The notes under the pieces: generated by a model
What the model was told of the DNA's origin: nothing
Database searches by the model: none
The model's input: only the letters and a program-made list of their open reading frames with translations
NCBI RefSeq assembly: GCF_006345805.1
Contig: NC_043000.1
Location: 48,484,001 to 48,548,000 of the forward strand
Reading direction: 5' to 3'
DNA: 64,000 nucleotides
Source: Octopus sinensis
Taxonomy: Eukaryota
Translations under genes and position numbers: made by a program
Shown here: positions 1 through 14,219 of the stretch, piece by piece
How the letters are laid out: each line of letters opens with the position of its first letter
Numbering within the stretch: position 1 is the first letter of the stretch

Positions 1-1043
1 ATCATACGGAGTGTGAACTCGTTTTCTTTTGCTGCGTATAAACGAAAGATAAATTATTAAACGAAATGTTAAACGAAATGCAACTGAACTAGTAGGGTAA
101 GGAAAATTTGATTAGAGAATGATTCAGAAATTGGGATCAAACATTTATGAACAATAAGACATAGACAGGTGAGAAGGCAGAGTCGATCTTGCTTTGAATA
201 ATAGTCCCTGCTAAGATCGACTTTCACTTTTAGTATTATGTGGGTGATAAATTAAATATCAGATAAAATAGTTAGGATGATTAATGAAGTCGATTTGCAT
301 CCCGCTTCTAGAATGCATGATATTGTACCTATGTAAGAAACAAATTTTAAATCCTTCAGGTGTGCAGCAGGAGCAGCACATTAAAGAAGAAATTTTCTTG
401 CAGTGTTTTATTCAACCCTATTATTACCTTCTGGTATAAAATCTCACCGGTTTCGAGTTTCTATGTCTTCTCTTGTACTGTTAATATTATATCTTCCAGT
501 GATACGCATGGACTTCCTTAAATAGTCTATACTTTTCACTATAAAAGTTTCAACTAGTGCTGATATAAGAAATTTATATTAAGATTCAGAAGGATAGATA
601 TTAGTAGGCAAGGTTACACATGAAACTAAATAAATCACCTTACATTATTGATTTCTGTTTGCAGTTCGGTTCTGACTTCAAATCCTACCGAGTGAAAGTG
701 GGTCTTAAACGAGTAACGAGTTAAATATACCACTACCGAATCTGAACAGTTTCTCCGATGTGCTTCTACAAAGTCTCCACCAATCAAATATTCCTCATAA
801 AACTTTCAACCAATCCGAGCAGTAGTAGCACGCACTTGTCAAAGGGGCTGTATAGTGAGACCGAACCTAGGAACACGTAGTCATGTAACGAAATTTGGGA
901 CTGCATAAAAACGTCTAAGCTCATGTTTTAATATCGAACTCAGCTGTGATGAAGCAGACCAATGATCAAAGACGTTCCAGCCAAGACCACCCCATTGTTT
1001 ATATTGTACATCTCTCATAAACAATAAGTTTTGCAACATTACC

Positions 1044-1273
1044 TGTTACTTTATTACCCACAAGGGGCTAACATAGAGAGGGCAAACAAGGACAGACAAA
1101 CAGATGAAGTCGATTACATCGATCTCAGTGCGTAACTGGTACTTAATTTATCGGCCCCGAAAGGATGAAAGGCAAAGCCGACCTCGGCGAAATTTGAACT
1201 CAGAACGTAACAGCAGACGAAATACGGCTACGCATTTCGCCCGGCGTGCTAACGTTTCTGCCAGCTCGCCGCC
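1044..1273 (-). mobile_element. tRNA-derived SINE, family A (Nin/Deu-like central domain), full length
   Basis: Minus strand starts GGCGGCGAGCTGGCAGAAACGTTAGCACGCC and has a B-box-like GAGTTCAAAT and the core GCCTTTCATCCTTTCGGGG. Flanked by a 15-bp TSD TTTTGCAACATTACC (1029-1043, 1278-1292). Many homologues in the window. Confidence 0.9.
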
Positions 1274-2089
1274 TTATTTTTGCAACATTACCGGTCATGT
1301 GACGGGTAATGCACGAGTGTTGAAAATAAAGTCATTTTTAGAGCGATGACGAAACAGAAGTAATATACAACAGTAAAAAATTTGAATATTGTAAGAATAG
1401 GAGGTATCGACTTCATTAAATACAAAAGATAGAGAAAAAGAAATTGCAGGAGGTGAAGGTGGAGAGGTAAATTATCAGTTGTAATTATATAGGAGAAAAT
1501 GTAGTAAAAGTAGTAGACTGCCAAAGAAGGAAAAATAGCATAAGATAACACGACCAAGCAACCAATTATGAGTATTATTAGTATGCGATGTTAAGCATTG
1601 ATTGATGGATATGTAAGGATGCTCATTTATATGCTTGTATGTATGTACGTAAAGTAGCATATACTTATGTACATGTATGTACATGCATATATCAAATCAA
1701 AGCTTTAGAAATCAATAAAATAAACACTGGAGTATAATCAATTTTATGCTCACACTGTTATTAAGTTGTAAGATGACATTAATTTTTAAAATGATTAATT
1801 ACGCTATTTTGATAAATGTATAAGTCATGAAATTACTCGATACATTTATATATAAATGAGCAAACGGACATGAATATGTATGGTTGAAATGATAGTCTAT
1901 GAGGCAAATAATTATTTTCAATTAGATGTGCGCATGTGTGGATGCCTTAGCAAAATAAACTATTTCCAGTGGATATTATCCCGTTAGAAATACTACTATT
2001 AGAAAAATTGTAATTTGAATTTGAGCGAGAAAGATACTTTAATGAAGCACTTACAGCTTTGATGAAATATCATCCATATATATATATAT

Positions 2090-2312
2090 ATATTATATAT
2101 ATATATCTATATTATATATATGTGTGTGTGGTGTGTGTGTGTGTGTTGTAAGTATGTATATGTACGTGTGTATATGTACTTAAGTATCCTTTTATCTGTA
2201 TATCTGACTATATACATATATCGATTTATGTAAATAATGTATATATATATATATATATAATATATATATATATATATGTGTATATATATATAATATATAT
2301 ACTATTATATAT

Positions 2313-2371
<59 letters not shown>

Positions 2372-2500
2372 ATATCTACACACATACATGCATAGATGTA
2401 TGAATATATGCGTAATTATATGCATATATACATACATATATATATGCACACATGCACGTGCGCACTCACAGGTGCGTGTGCACGCGCATATGCATATGCT

Positions 2501-2566
<66 letters not shown>
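2090..2566. repeat. Compound microsatellite (TA)n/(TG)n/(GATA)n
   Basis: Visible dinucleotide runs; pure (TAGA)n at about 2500-2566. Confidence 0.95.
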
Positions 2567-3136
2567 TGCAATGCATGAACTTGAGTTTGTATATTAGATA
2601 GGCATTCACATATTGAAAAGAAAAACCATTCATATTCATGAACTGTAAAACAATAGGCCCTTCCTGGCTTTTGTATTGTTTTACATATGCATTGCTGCAG
2701 ACATGAAAATATCACTTGCTTTTGCATATGAATAGGCGAATATTTTACGTATTATGCATACAACTATTTAATAGACGAATCTGAAAAGGATTTTATAAGA
2801 TTTTTTTATTTGGCAATCAACCAAATCTCGAAGCCGAATTATATTTCGAGGCTTTTACGAATATTTTGGGGGTAAATGATGTGATTCTACTTTCCTTTCC
2901 AATCGTCTGAATAATCAGCCACATAGAACACAGTAAGAGAAGCTTAAGCCTCTAACATGCTTTTCCTCTCCAAATGTGTACACACAGGCTCGTGCGCACA
3001 TAATTGAAGCAACAAGCAATATTTATGCAAAAAGATAAAAATACATCATCGCTTAAAAGTGGAAGGGGTGTTAGGACACACAATATTGCGAATTTTTACC
3101 AGGTGAGAATCTCTCGTGTGGTTGTGATTGTGATGC

Positions 3137-3180
<44 letters not shown>

Positions 3181-3184
<4 letters not shown>

Positions 3185-3686
3185 GTCATTTTTCTCGCCC
3201 CTCCTTAATTCTTCTGTCCCTCTGCTTCTACTTCTCCCTCTTCAATTCCCTCGTTACCGATGGGCCAGCCTGCTCTTTCCTTTTGGGTCTGACCGTGGGC
3301 CGTGCAACATCGTTATTCTTCCCTATGTTTGTGAAATTTCGGTATCCCTGCCGTAAGAGTTCATTTCCACACGCGCCAGCTTAATTCAATTATATTTGTG
3401 TAACATTGTCCGTTTTTTTCCGTCCTTGTTTTTGTATATATTCGCTGCTGTCTTCCAAGGAATCTAATGCTCTTAGCTTAGTTTTTTTCTTGGGACTGGC
3501 CAGATTGGAGCAATCTCAAGAATAATCAGCCCAAATTTCGAGGATAATCTGGTTCTTGACTGAAGATAGAATACTTCGAATGACTCGTCCTTGTTTTCTT
3601 TTTATCGTCTATCTGGATGTTTTGTTGTTCCATTTTGTATCACCTAGTTGTCCGGATGTTTTGCGTTCTTGTCCCATTTTGTATTT

Positions 3687-3688
<2 letters not shown>
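3181..3688. mobile_element. Unclassified pyrimidine-rich interspersed repeat between microsatellites
   Basis: GC-richer, T/C-skewed block bounded sharply by (TG)n and (TA)n, with an internal repeated CTGGATGTTTTG/CCGGATGTTTTG...CCATTTTGTAT. Class not determined. Confidence 0.45.
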
Positions 3689-3739
<51 letters not shown>

Positions 3740-5255
3740 GAACGTATATATTTATGTTATGCATGCATATATATTTTTTGTATATGTACGTATATGCATA
3801 TATATGAATTTAAATGTATATATGTATGAATATATGTGTAAATATATATATATATACATATGTGAGAGTGTGTATATATATTTACACACATATTTAAATA
3901 TATATACACGAGCTTGTATATGTGTGTGTGTGTGTGTTGGTGTGTGTACTGATACTTCCTATTATTTGTACGTCAGTCATTGTCGATAGTTTCCTTTGCC
4001 ACGTTTCCCCTGTCAACGATAAGGTTGTGCTATGTTATAGACCCGCTCATTTGTGAACTTTCAACGGAGTTCGATAAGGAGAATTAAAATTAAATATCCC
4101 GTGAACCGCAGAATAATTTTGTGTCTTTGTGTGATTTCTTTTGTTATTAGATTACCCAATTCGGATACAGACTTTCAGGTAACGTTGTAGATTAAATTAT
4201 ACCGAAGCTAACGTTTCAAAATGAATACAGGCATCTTAGCTCATGAACTGAAAGAAAATATTTCGCAGCTTATCGGTGCGTTATTCGTATTTTGTAAAAA
4301 TAAAAAAAAAAACATAATAATACAGTCAACAACAATAACAACCAGATTTTTGGTTACGAATGAAAGAGAGGCTTTGGGGAGGGAGTTTAGTGAAAAGAAG
4401 CAAGTAGGTATGGCCTAAATTCACCAATCACACAAGAGTGATTTCTACAGAAACAACAGCAGCAAGAGTAATATTCTAAATAGAAGATATTCTCAAAAAC
4501 CTTTCTATGATTCACACATTTGATAACATGATGTTATTCTCCTATATGCAGTTTTATCGGAATATACAGAAGTGATTTATTTGGTTTTCTTTACATCGTA
4601 CGACATACACATACTCAAATACTCATACAAAACGGTATACAGCAAAAGAAATAGATACGATTTTCTACCTTAGAGCTTTTTGGAATATTACTCTTATAGT
4701 TCAATAACAGTAACACATCACAATGTAGTGTGATACTGCTTAAGCAGTTCCAGAATGCTATCAAGTTGAAATATTTGCTCACTTTTCATTCATACTCGTC
4801 AGTGTAAAAAAAATCCGATACTTACGTTTGACGATTTGATTCAAAGATAGATATACTTACCTAAGATTAGATTCTGCATAGCATCAGTTACTTTTTTTTT
4901 TATCTCATATATATATATTTTTTCATTATTTATATATATATATTTTTTTTCATATATATATATTTTTTCATTATTTATATATATTTACAACATATATTTC
5001 TTTTTTTTATCATTTATATATTTATTTAATTATTTATATATTTCCTATTCTCGATTGATTTATTCAACAGTGTTTTCCAATATTATTGAAATTTACGTCT
5101 TTATTACATCTGTTGGCATTTTCTATATCTCCTATTTGTTGTATAACATCTGAGCGTGGGATTAATTTATCAGCTTGCAGGTGTAGAATCAGAATTTTCA
5201 ATATTTTTCATAAAATATAACAGAAACACTGACATAAGCAACACGACACCTTACA

Positions 5256-5299
<44 letters not shown>

Positions 5300-5678
5300 T
5301 ATACACACACACACATACATACACGCATATATACTACATAATTTTTTAATATATATATATATGTTTGTCTGTGTGTATATAAAAAATATATGTAAATATT
5401 TTTATATAAATACACAGACATATACGTAGGTATAATGGTTTCTCAGCATTTTTTTCTCTTATCGTGCATCTAGTCTTTCATTATTTCATTACTGGAATGT
5501 TGAGAATTACTTTTTTGGGGAGTAAATATTCTCGTCGAATTGTAGATACGCAGTAGAGAAGAGCTTATGTTGCAAATGCCAGAGAAATCTAAATCTTGTT
5601 TTGAAAGAATATAACAAGTGTTTGCTACAGCTACTAACTGAGAAAATGTATTCTACATTAAATATATATACAGCGCGC

Positions 5679-5900
5679 GCTGGCAGAAACGTTAACACGC
5701 CGGGCGAAATGCGTAGCCGTATTTCGTCTGCCGTTACGTTCCGAGTTCAAATTCCGACGAGGTCGACTTTGCTTTTCATCCTTTCGGGGTCGATAAATTA
5801 AGTACCAGTTACACACTGGAGTCGATGTAATCGACTTAATCCGTTTGTCTGTCCTTGTTTGTCCCCTCTATGTTTAGCCCCTTGTGGGTAATAAAGAAAC
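5679..5900 (+). mobile_element. SINE family A, slightly 5'-truncated
   Basis: Same consensus as 1044-1273; 17-bp TSD ATATATATACAGCGCGC (5662-5678, 5901-5917). Confidence 0.92.
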
Positions 5901-7302
5901 ATATATATACAGCGCGCACACACACGAACACACTCATACACATCTACATACGTATATAAATTAACGCATATGATAACATCGACCAGGAAAAATATACAAG
6001 ATGCATAATAAAATGTAATGCATATATTTAGAGTATTCGTCAATTTCTCTTTCTTAATAATAACTACGAATTAGAAATATAAAAGAAATATGTTAATTAG
6101 CTACCAGAATTAAAATACCTCGCTACATGGCAATGTTTTATTTTGCAGATGGTTATTGACAAATCTATTTTATGAACCGCCATCACATATGCGTGCACAC
6201 AACGCAATAACATGGCTAATAATCAAAATTTAATGAATGAAGAAGACAAGATGAGAAAGGCAATGTTTAATTAATTATGTGATTTTTCAAAGAGATTTAA
6301 TAATGAATATCTTATGTGTGCTGTTATAATTTTCATTTTCATTAAAAGACCGTATTAAATTCATGCCTCACATTAATATAACCAATCGCGAGTCTTCTCT
6401 CAAACTTCGCAGGAAAATGCAATAACTTGTACTGTAATCAATAGATATTCAGATATTGTACTCACTTCCCAAATCAATTTTGTTTTCATATATATTTGGA
6501 CTGTTACTTCATAGGAAAATATTTGCTGACCAAATCTTAGAAATGTCTACTAAATATCTACGAGTAACGTCAGATTGCCTTTCTGCAAACAACATCCTGC
6601 AAATAAATGATAGGACACACATAATTCAATGTACAACTTACCCCTACAGTAATCTGGATACATTACTCGCTCGTATAAAATCTAATTTATTTTTTTATCA
6701 GATATAATAGGTTTTGTAGGACAGTATGTAACAAGAATAATAATCTACTAGATGCAAATTTTACTTCCGCATATATATATTGTTAGATAAATATAAATAT
6801 TACTATGAAAATAATTAAACGATACGATATCAAGCCAGTAAATCCCGGAAGGTTTTGAAAAGTATCCAAAACAAACAAATAAATAAATAACATACACAAA
6901 CACACAAGCACGCACATACATAGACGCAGGAATACGCAGAAGAATACATACACACACACACTCACACATACATAGATGCATGAATACATACATACATATA
7001 TACATACATACATACATGCATACATACGTACGTACACAAGTACACGTGCACACTGGCCCACACACAGATGCACTCGTGCACAATAAGATCTCAAACAGAC
7101 AAACGATCTTCCGCAACGGGCTAAGAGAAAAGTCCCTGAAAAGGTTGCAAATTGCGATGAAAGAACTTTGACAAACGAACACAAAACAACTTACTGTATA
7201 GCTAATTTAAACAAATAAACGATTAACTAATAAGGGTAGAAATTGATGTTGATCAATTAAAACCAGTGGCTTAGCATATTTTTAAAATCCGAAGATTAAA
7301 AA

Positions 7303-7655
7303 TTGTGTTACATACAAAAGAGGAATTACCTGTTTCTTTACTGCCCACAAGGGGCTAAACACAGAAGGGACAAACAAGGACAGACAAACGGATTAAGTCG
7401 ATTATATCGACCCCAGTGCGTAACTGGTACTTATTTAATCGACCCCGAAAGGATGAAAGGCAAAGTCGACCTCGGCGGAATTTGAACTCAGAACGTAACG
7501 GCAGACGAAATACGGCTACGCATTTCGCCCGGCATGCTAACGTTTCTGCCAGCTCGCCGCCAAAAGAGGAATTACCACTAAACTGGACACCCTATGTTTA
7601 GCATATAGGGTGTCCACTTTAGTGGTCATTCCTTTTAATTTTGTATGTAACACAA
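7303..7655. repeat. Palindromic (fold-back/MITE-like) sequence interrupted by a SINE
   Basis: TTGTGTTACATACAAAA (7303-7319) pairs with TTTTGTATGTAACACAA (7639-7655). Inner GGAATTACCACTAAACTGGACACCCTAT pairs with ATAGGGTGTCCACTTTAGTGGTCATTCC. Confidence 0.75.
7331..7560 (-). mobile_element. SINE family A, full length
   Basis: Consensus match; 16-bp TSD CAAAAGAGGAATTACC (7315-7330, 7561-7576). Confidence 0.92.
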
Positions 7656-8194
7656 ACAAACGATTAGTTAGTTAGATATTTAACCAGTTGACTAATAATG
7701 AAAGAGTGGAATTGAACCAGTACATGTATGAATAATATTAGTGTAATGCCTGTCCCTAGACACAACAAAATAGCATTTTCTAGATTGCTATAACATAGGC
7801 TCCTTCAGTAAAAAGGGGTGTAGTGAAAATAGATGGAATTGCAACTACTATTACGTGTGTAGATATTTACAAACATACTGGAGCCATTAGGTGGACTACA
7901 TTTAAAAAGGTGTTCATTAATATTACTTAGATCGTCAAAATGTAGGAGAACAGAGGCGTTTTCTCATATTTTTAAGTGTGGCTTTCTCCAATTAAATATG
8001 CTAACCGTGATTCTATCAGGCGGGAAATTATGAGTGGACAAACCGCTTATACAGGGATACGTCTAAGTCAACAACAACTCCTTACTTGAATGAGCTATGG
8101 TGCCACAAGAATTGACTTAAAAATAATAGATTCTATCAGGTGGTAAGTTTATAGAGTATCAAACCAGCAAAAATTACACTGTACAAATTATGTC

Positions 8195-8548
8195 GCTATG
8201 TGCTATGAAGTTTGCTTCCCAACAACATGGTACCGGCTTTTGTCCCACTATGTAACACCTTGAGCAAGTGTCTTCTGCTATACCCCAGGGCCGATGAAAC
8301 CTTGTGAGTGTTGCTATAAGGAAACTGAAAATCCGTCCTACGTACGTATGTGTGTGTGTTTGAGTATTTGTGCTTATCTCTCATTATCGCTTGACAACTG
8401 GAGTTGAGTTTGTTTGCATCCCCGTACATTAGAGGTTCGGCAAAAGTATAAAATAAGCTCTGGGGTCAATTCGACAAATACCCTTCAAAGCGGTACCCCA
8501 GCATGACTGCGGCCCAGAAGTTGGAATAGATGCAAAAATAAAAGAATG
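8195..8548 (+). mobile_element. SINE family B (long, internal (TG)n), diverged copy
   Basis: Matches the reverse complement of 39223-39617 (CACCTTGAGCAAGTGTCTTCT; ATCGCTTGACAAC; GGTTCGGCAAAAG; AAAAGA tail). Confidence 0.8.
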
Positions 8549-10571
8549 TCGATACTGTACAGTATATTAATCAGTTATCTACATTATGATGTCTATAAAC
8601 TTCTAATTAAGAGCTTAAAAATGCAAGAAAAAAACTAGAACAGAACAGCTTCTTTATTTTCTCAATAGTAAGCATCAACCTTGTGTTACTTAACTTTGCA
8701 TAACTCGAACATTTGTAGAGTGGTTTACACGTATTTCTTCATGCCTCACATATTACATATCAAATAAAGCAAACTAAACAGAAGATTGTAGTATTCTTGT
8801 TCTATGCCAGTAGAACATATTAAATCCAGTTTAAAGCTTGAGATTTATAATCAAATTAATCTTTTCCTATCATTTTATCTGCACAAATAAAAAAGAAAAT
8901 AACAATATGAACTCTACCTTTGACTACATTATTTGACTTATATATGTATTATGACAACAAACAATTTTTCTTTCACTTTTGAATTATCCGACCTCACTTA
9001 GAGAGTTATTCACCCAGACACGTATCAATATATAGCATCGTTTCAAATTAACCGACAGCAATTCATATCCATAGACTATCTATTGTTATAAACTTGACAC
9101 CTCTTCATGTCTATATACCTCTGAAATATCTATGTTGCTTGCATTCCTTTGTTCCTATGTTATACCTCATCAGAGACGAAGTATGCTACAGGAACAAAGT
9201 AATGTTTGTAGAAATTTGGCTATTAGTTCTTACTTCTGTAGCTAAGGAAGTGCCCACATCATTTCCCTTTCTTTGATAATGTAATCTAAACTGAAGAACT
9301 GTATAATTCTTTATTATATAGCAGTAGCCAACCAAAACATTTATGCCATTGAAAAAGTAGATATTTATTGCCCCATCTCGTTAGAAAACTTCTTTTTAGT
9401 TGCTGAAGAAATTTTAGACGAATACACCGATGGTAAATATTTGGTATTTGTCTGTAATTTCTAAATTTAAAGAAAAACTCATTATTTATAATTAACATAC
9501 TTTGAAAGTGAAAAGCTTTCTACACCCGCAACTACATACAAATACACACATATATGCGTGCGCATCTATCAGACTTAATTTCACCCATTTAGGTAATTAA
9601 AGAAGAAATACGATGTACAAAAGATTACAACAATTTTCTCATTTTGAGAATAACAACAATAACAAGAACAATGTCCTCTTACACTACATTTTTTTTTATA
9701 AGTGTTCATTTTCTAAGTAAGATTTATTTGGATTTTGTTTGTGTGGAAATCATTAATAGCTTATTAATGGTAAATGTCTTAAGTGACTTTCTGTAAACAC
9801 AGATATATCTATTATCATTCGATTACATTTTTTTCACGCAGCCGCGAAATTCTCGTGTGAATGTGACTGTTCAGTAAATTGAACAATTAAACACAGGCGT
9901 TAATGAGATGGTTATATTTCACGTGTTGTAACTACAACCATTACTTCTTTGAAATTTCCTTCAGAAAATTAAAAGCATTTCTCCTATTACAATTTTTACT
10001 GATTAACTTCCCAACATTCATATTTCAAATGACTTTTATCTCTAAGCAAGGTATTTTGATGCTTTTTTTAATGAAAAATTAGTATCTAATTCGTAATCCC
10101 GGTTCGTATTTTTATTACAAAATACCATTTCTAACATTGAGAGCAACTAGTGTGATTGAGTGTGTGTGCGTATGTATGTGTGTGTGTGCGTGTGTATGCG
10201 CGCGTGTAACTACGTGTGCACAAGTGCGTGTATCGGTGCTTTTGTAGAAGAGACTCAGCTGTCATAGTTCTTTACTTTGATATACAGAATTGTTTCTACA
10301 CCGCTATTTGACAGATTCACGCTTTTTGACAGATTCACCCTATCATTTTCAGACTGCAGATCTTTTCGGTTTGACACGCCAGATTCCACATCTTTCTTTC
10401 TTCTTTTCTTTTAATCCATTTATTTATTGAGAAATTAAGAGTAAAAATTGTCGAACTTTTAAAGAAAGAAATCTTTTGGCATTTCAGCCTACCAGTTGAA
10501 ACTAATCTCGACACGCTGGAAGTCGGAATTTCAGTATGCACCCATAGTCAATTCTCTTTCAAATCCCACTT

Positions 10572-10725
10572 ATGAATGAATGAATGAATGAATGAATGAA
10601 TGAATGTATGTATGTATGTATGTATGTATGTATGTATGTATGTATGTATGTATGTGTTTGTATGCATATGTATGTATATGTATGTATGAATGTATATGGA
10701 TAAATGTATGTATGTATATGTATGC
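10572..10725. repeat. (ATGA)n-(ATGT)n tetranucleotide microsatellite
   Basis: Directly visible. Confidence 0.95.
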
Positions 10726-11736
10726 ATGTGGGCCTGTTTGTATGGGTATAGACATATGGGCAAAAGATAAGTCTCCCAAATTCCATGTCTTCCCACTCTA
10801 CCTATGCCCAGCGAAAACCACAGATGAAGCACGGATAAACAAAGAAAATACTTTCATGCAAAAGTACAAATCAAGACTTAACAAACTTTAACAGAGAACA
10901 TACGCAAATATCTGTTCACACACAAAATTCATTCTGCCACTTAGCATGAGGATGGTACACATTAACACCTAAGCTATAACCACTGGACTACATACAAACG
11001 AATCCCTACACGCTCCCACCAGACAGATTGAATTTGGAGTACCTTGATTATTGCGAAACAGGTTCACTCAACCGTGTTGGCTTTGTTTTTAGGCGCAAAA
11101 TATACTGTCACGTGACACTAACGCACGAACGTAGCAGGAAACGTACAAACGTTATGCACTTAATCATGTGGCCGGATAATTCAAAAGTGAAAGAAAAATT
11201 GTTTGTTGTCATAATTATATATATATATATATATATATAAGTCAAATAATGTAGTCAAAGGTAGAGTTCATATTGTTATTTTCTTTTTTATTTGGTTATA
11301 TTGAATGTAAGGCATTCTCTACGAACACTTGACAGAAAACATTCAGAGCATTGATTGTTTGGACATGTTCAGTCAACCGTGTCAGCCTTAAGTTACTACA
11401 CCAAACATTGTAAGTTGATACTAACACATGGACAAAGTGGGAAACCTACTAAAATTTCTAAGACCAGTCATGTGGATATCCTCTACCAGTCAAATCCAAA
11501 TCAAAACATACTAATTTGGAGACATGAACTCCCTATAAAAATAGGGCAGGCTTCAAACACTAGTCAGAAGCAAGACAGAAGCCACATATTTCTCTTTGAA
11601 CATTTTGAAAATCAGTGTAAACTATGAAGCAGGTTAAAAATTTTAAATATTTCAATAAAAAATATTTTAACTATTCTCAGGGCATTTTCAAATTCGATTT
11701 TTCCTATATTTATATCCGTGTGGAATAAAATAACTT

Positions 11737-11862
<126 letters not shown>

Positions 11863-12572
11863 AGCTAATGCAAGAACATTCTATATTGGTGCCAGATGTG
11901 TTAAAAATAACAGCCTAGACCCGTAAAAAACGATAGGTGTTCTATTGACATGCTAGAAATTGCAGAGTAATATACGTTACATCTTTTCTAGATCTGGAAT
12001 GACCTGAGATTAAACCACAAGCATAAATATCCTCAGCACCATCATTAACAAAGCTACAAATATCACCAATACTACCACAATAACAACAATCACAACTACT
12101 ACTGACTGCGGTGATGTTTTACTAGCAGTGTTGGTGGTATTGTATATAAAACCACTACCACAATCAAGACCGTTATTACTACCACAAGGAGGTCAACAGC
12201 CACAGCAACAACTTCTGTCAGCACCAATGCTAGCACAACCACATCAAATACTATTACATACATCTTGTAGAGGTGGTGACGGAGGTGGTGATGGGGTGAT
12301 GTAAATCTTAATAGAGGTCTCTTGTTATAGAAACATATGGCAATTCCGATTTCCAGCTTGTTGAGATTGGTTACATTTAATTGACAGAATTTTCAAAAAG
12401 CTTCACTCTATAAAAAATCGTAAATTTTCTATGAATAATTTTTCACCCAAATGGTTACAATTTCGTAATAAGCATGAAAAACTATATTTGTTGTGGGATT
12501 TTCTAAAACATTTGTTCTGCTGTGTCGATTCGAAAAGATCCCAAACTTCATTTCGTTTCTGAAACCATGTAA

Positions 12573-12804
12573 CTCTTTGCCTGTCCAAAGTATTTCCATA
12601 AGTTTGTCCAAAACATCAGGGTTTGTTTTCCGACTTTTAGTTAGACCTTCATTTATCCACTCGTGGTAATATAAAACTTTCCTTCCATAAGTTCCAAGCT
12701 ACTCTGGCGGTTGAAACGATTGCTAATGTGTACTATATATGATACAGAAACGCCAAGGAAATATCTCCTGCTTATCACATGTGACACACATAACAGACAA
12801 AGAG
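12573..12804. mobile_element. MITE with TTAA target site (piggyBac-like)
   Basis: Ends CTCTTTGCCTGT ... ACAGACAAAGAG are inverted repeats; flanks are GTAA and TTAA. A second copy lies inverted at 33242-33459. Confidence 0.7.
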
Positions 12805-13972
12805 TTAAGCTAATTCTATTTATGACAATCGCAAAATCCCTATTTTCGAAGAACGTAAAATATGAAGAAAATATGAATTAGTGGATTAGATTAAAGCTAT
12901 TTCGTCTATTTTAAAATTTAGCAGTTCATTCTTGATTATATTACACTAAAATAGCATTTTGTTTTCAGTGCGTTTGAAACTCAGATAACTACACATGTAT
13001 CTCAGTTTAAATAGACGATATGCATCGTAAAATACAGACTTCTATGAATCACATATATAGAGAGAGAGATAATGTTTAATCTGTTCAAAGAACAAAATTC
13101 AATGGAGTTCATTTATTTCGTACTTCCGGGACCTGAATTTAAATGAATATTTAAAATTATTGTCTTTTAATGTATTGTGTCTATGAGATTTCTGCAGATC
13201 TTTTGTTTATTGTTACAGTTTTATGTTATTTCAAGTAAATACGAAATATATATGCTACTCGTAAAACAAGATAGAATAGCTGATTTTATGCCATTTTAAA
13301 AACAAAAGCAAAGCACAAACAAAGGAAAACAAAATATGTTTACAGACTTTCTGATGTTTTGTATGCATTTATTATTACCAATAGGATGATAGTAAAGAAA
13401 TATTATTTTTCTGGAAGTTTTCTACACATTTCGCCGCAAGGAACTACTAAAATTCAGTTTACGACTCCAGCTGTTTATGGATAACGCTAAATATTATCTT
13501 CACTATCTTTATGTTATTTTCTGGGAACATAAGGTAAAATAACAGCATTAGACTGACCAGCACTAAATTTAACTGGCATCTGCCGGTTGACCTATTTATT
13601 TGCGAGAATTTTTGTGCGATTGGCAATGTTGTTGAAACATCCGCATCTCATTTATAGCAAAGAAATGGAAAGACGTAGGATGACGTGAATGAAATAAAGT
13701 AAGTTTAATGTGATTTTTGTGCCAATGTTTAAAGATTGAAAGCAAAACAAGAAAACAGGCTAACAATACTCGTGATTCAGGAACTGTAGATTGTCTGTAG
13801 GAGAGAGATATTTGATTAAATGAATTGTCATCTAAGTTCAGTGAGAACGCAGATGTTCGCAAGTAGCACACTGTCGCAAACAAAGAAAATATAAGAGAAA
13901 AGCTTGGATATATTATATATATATATATATTTTTTTTCTTCCAAGATTTAAATGCCTCTAATATATCTATAG

Positions 13973-14187
13973 CTTTTATCTTTTACCTGTTTCAGTCATT
14001 AGACTGCGACCATACCGGGCACCGTCCTGAAGAGTTATTAGTCGAGCGAATCAACCCCAGTACTTATTTATTTTGAAGTTTGGTACTCATTCTATCGGTC
14101 ACTTTTGCCGAAACACTAAGTTATTGGAACCGTAAACACATCAACACCAGTTGTCAAGCGGTGATGGACATCAAACACAGACAGACA

Positions 14188-14219
<32 letters not shown>

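Noticed and set aside
3555-3592. CTGAAGA-TAGAATACTTC-GAATGACTCGTC hammerhead-like string
   Set aside because: GAAA is broken and no stem I pairing is available.
5865-5885. TGTTTAGCCCC in the SINE A tail resembling GTTTTTAGCCCC in the retrozyme motif
   Set aside because: Only about 10-14 nt of similarity with no flanking structure; likely chance.
12040-12300. Thr/Ser-rich mucin-like coding appearance
   Set aside because: Degenerate (ACC/ACA/ACT)n low-complexity sequence with stops and no exon boundaries.
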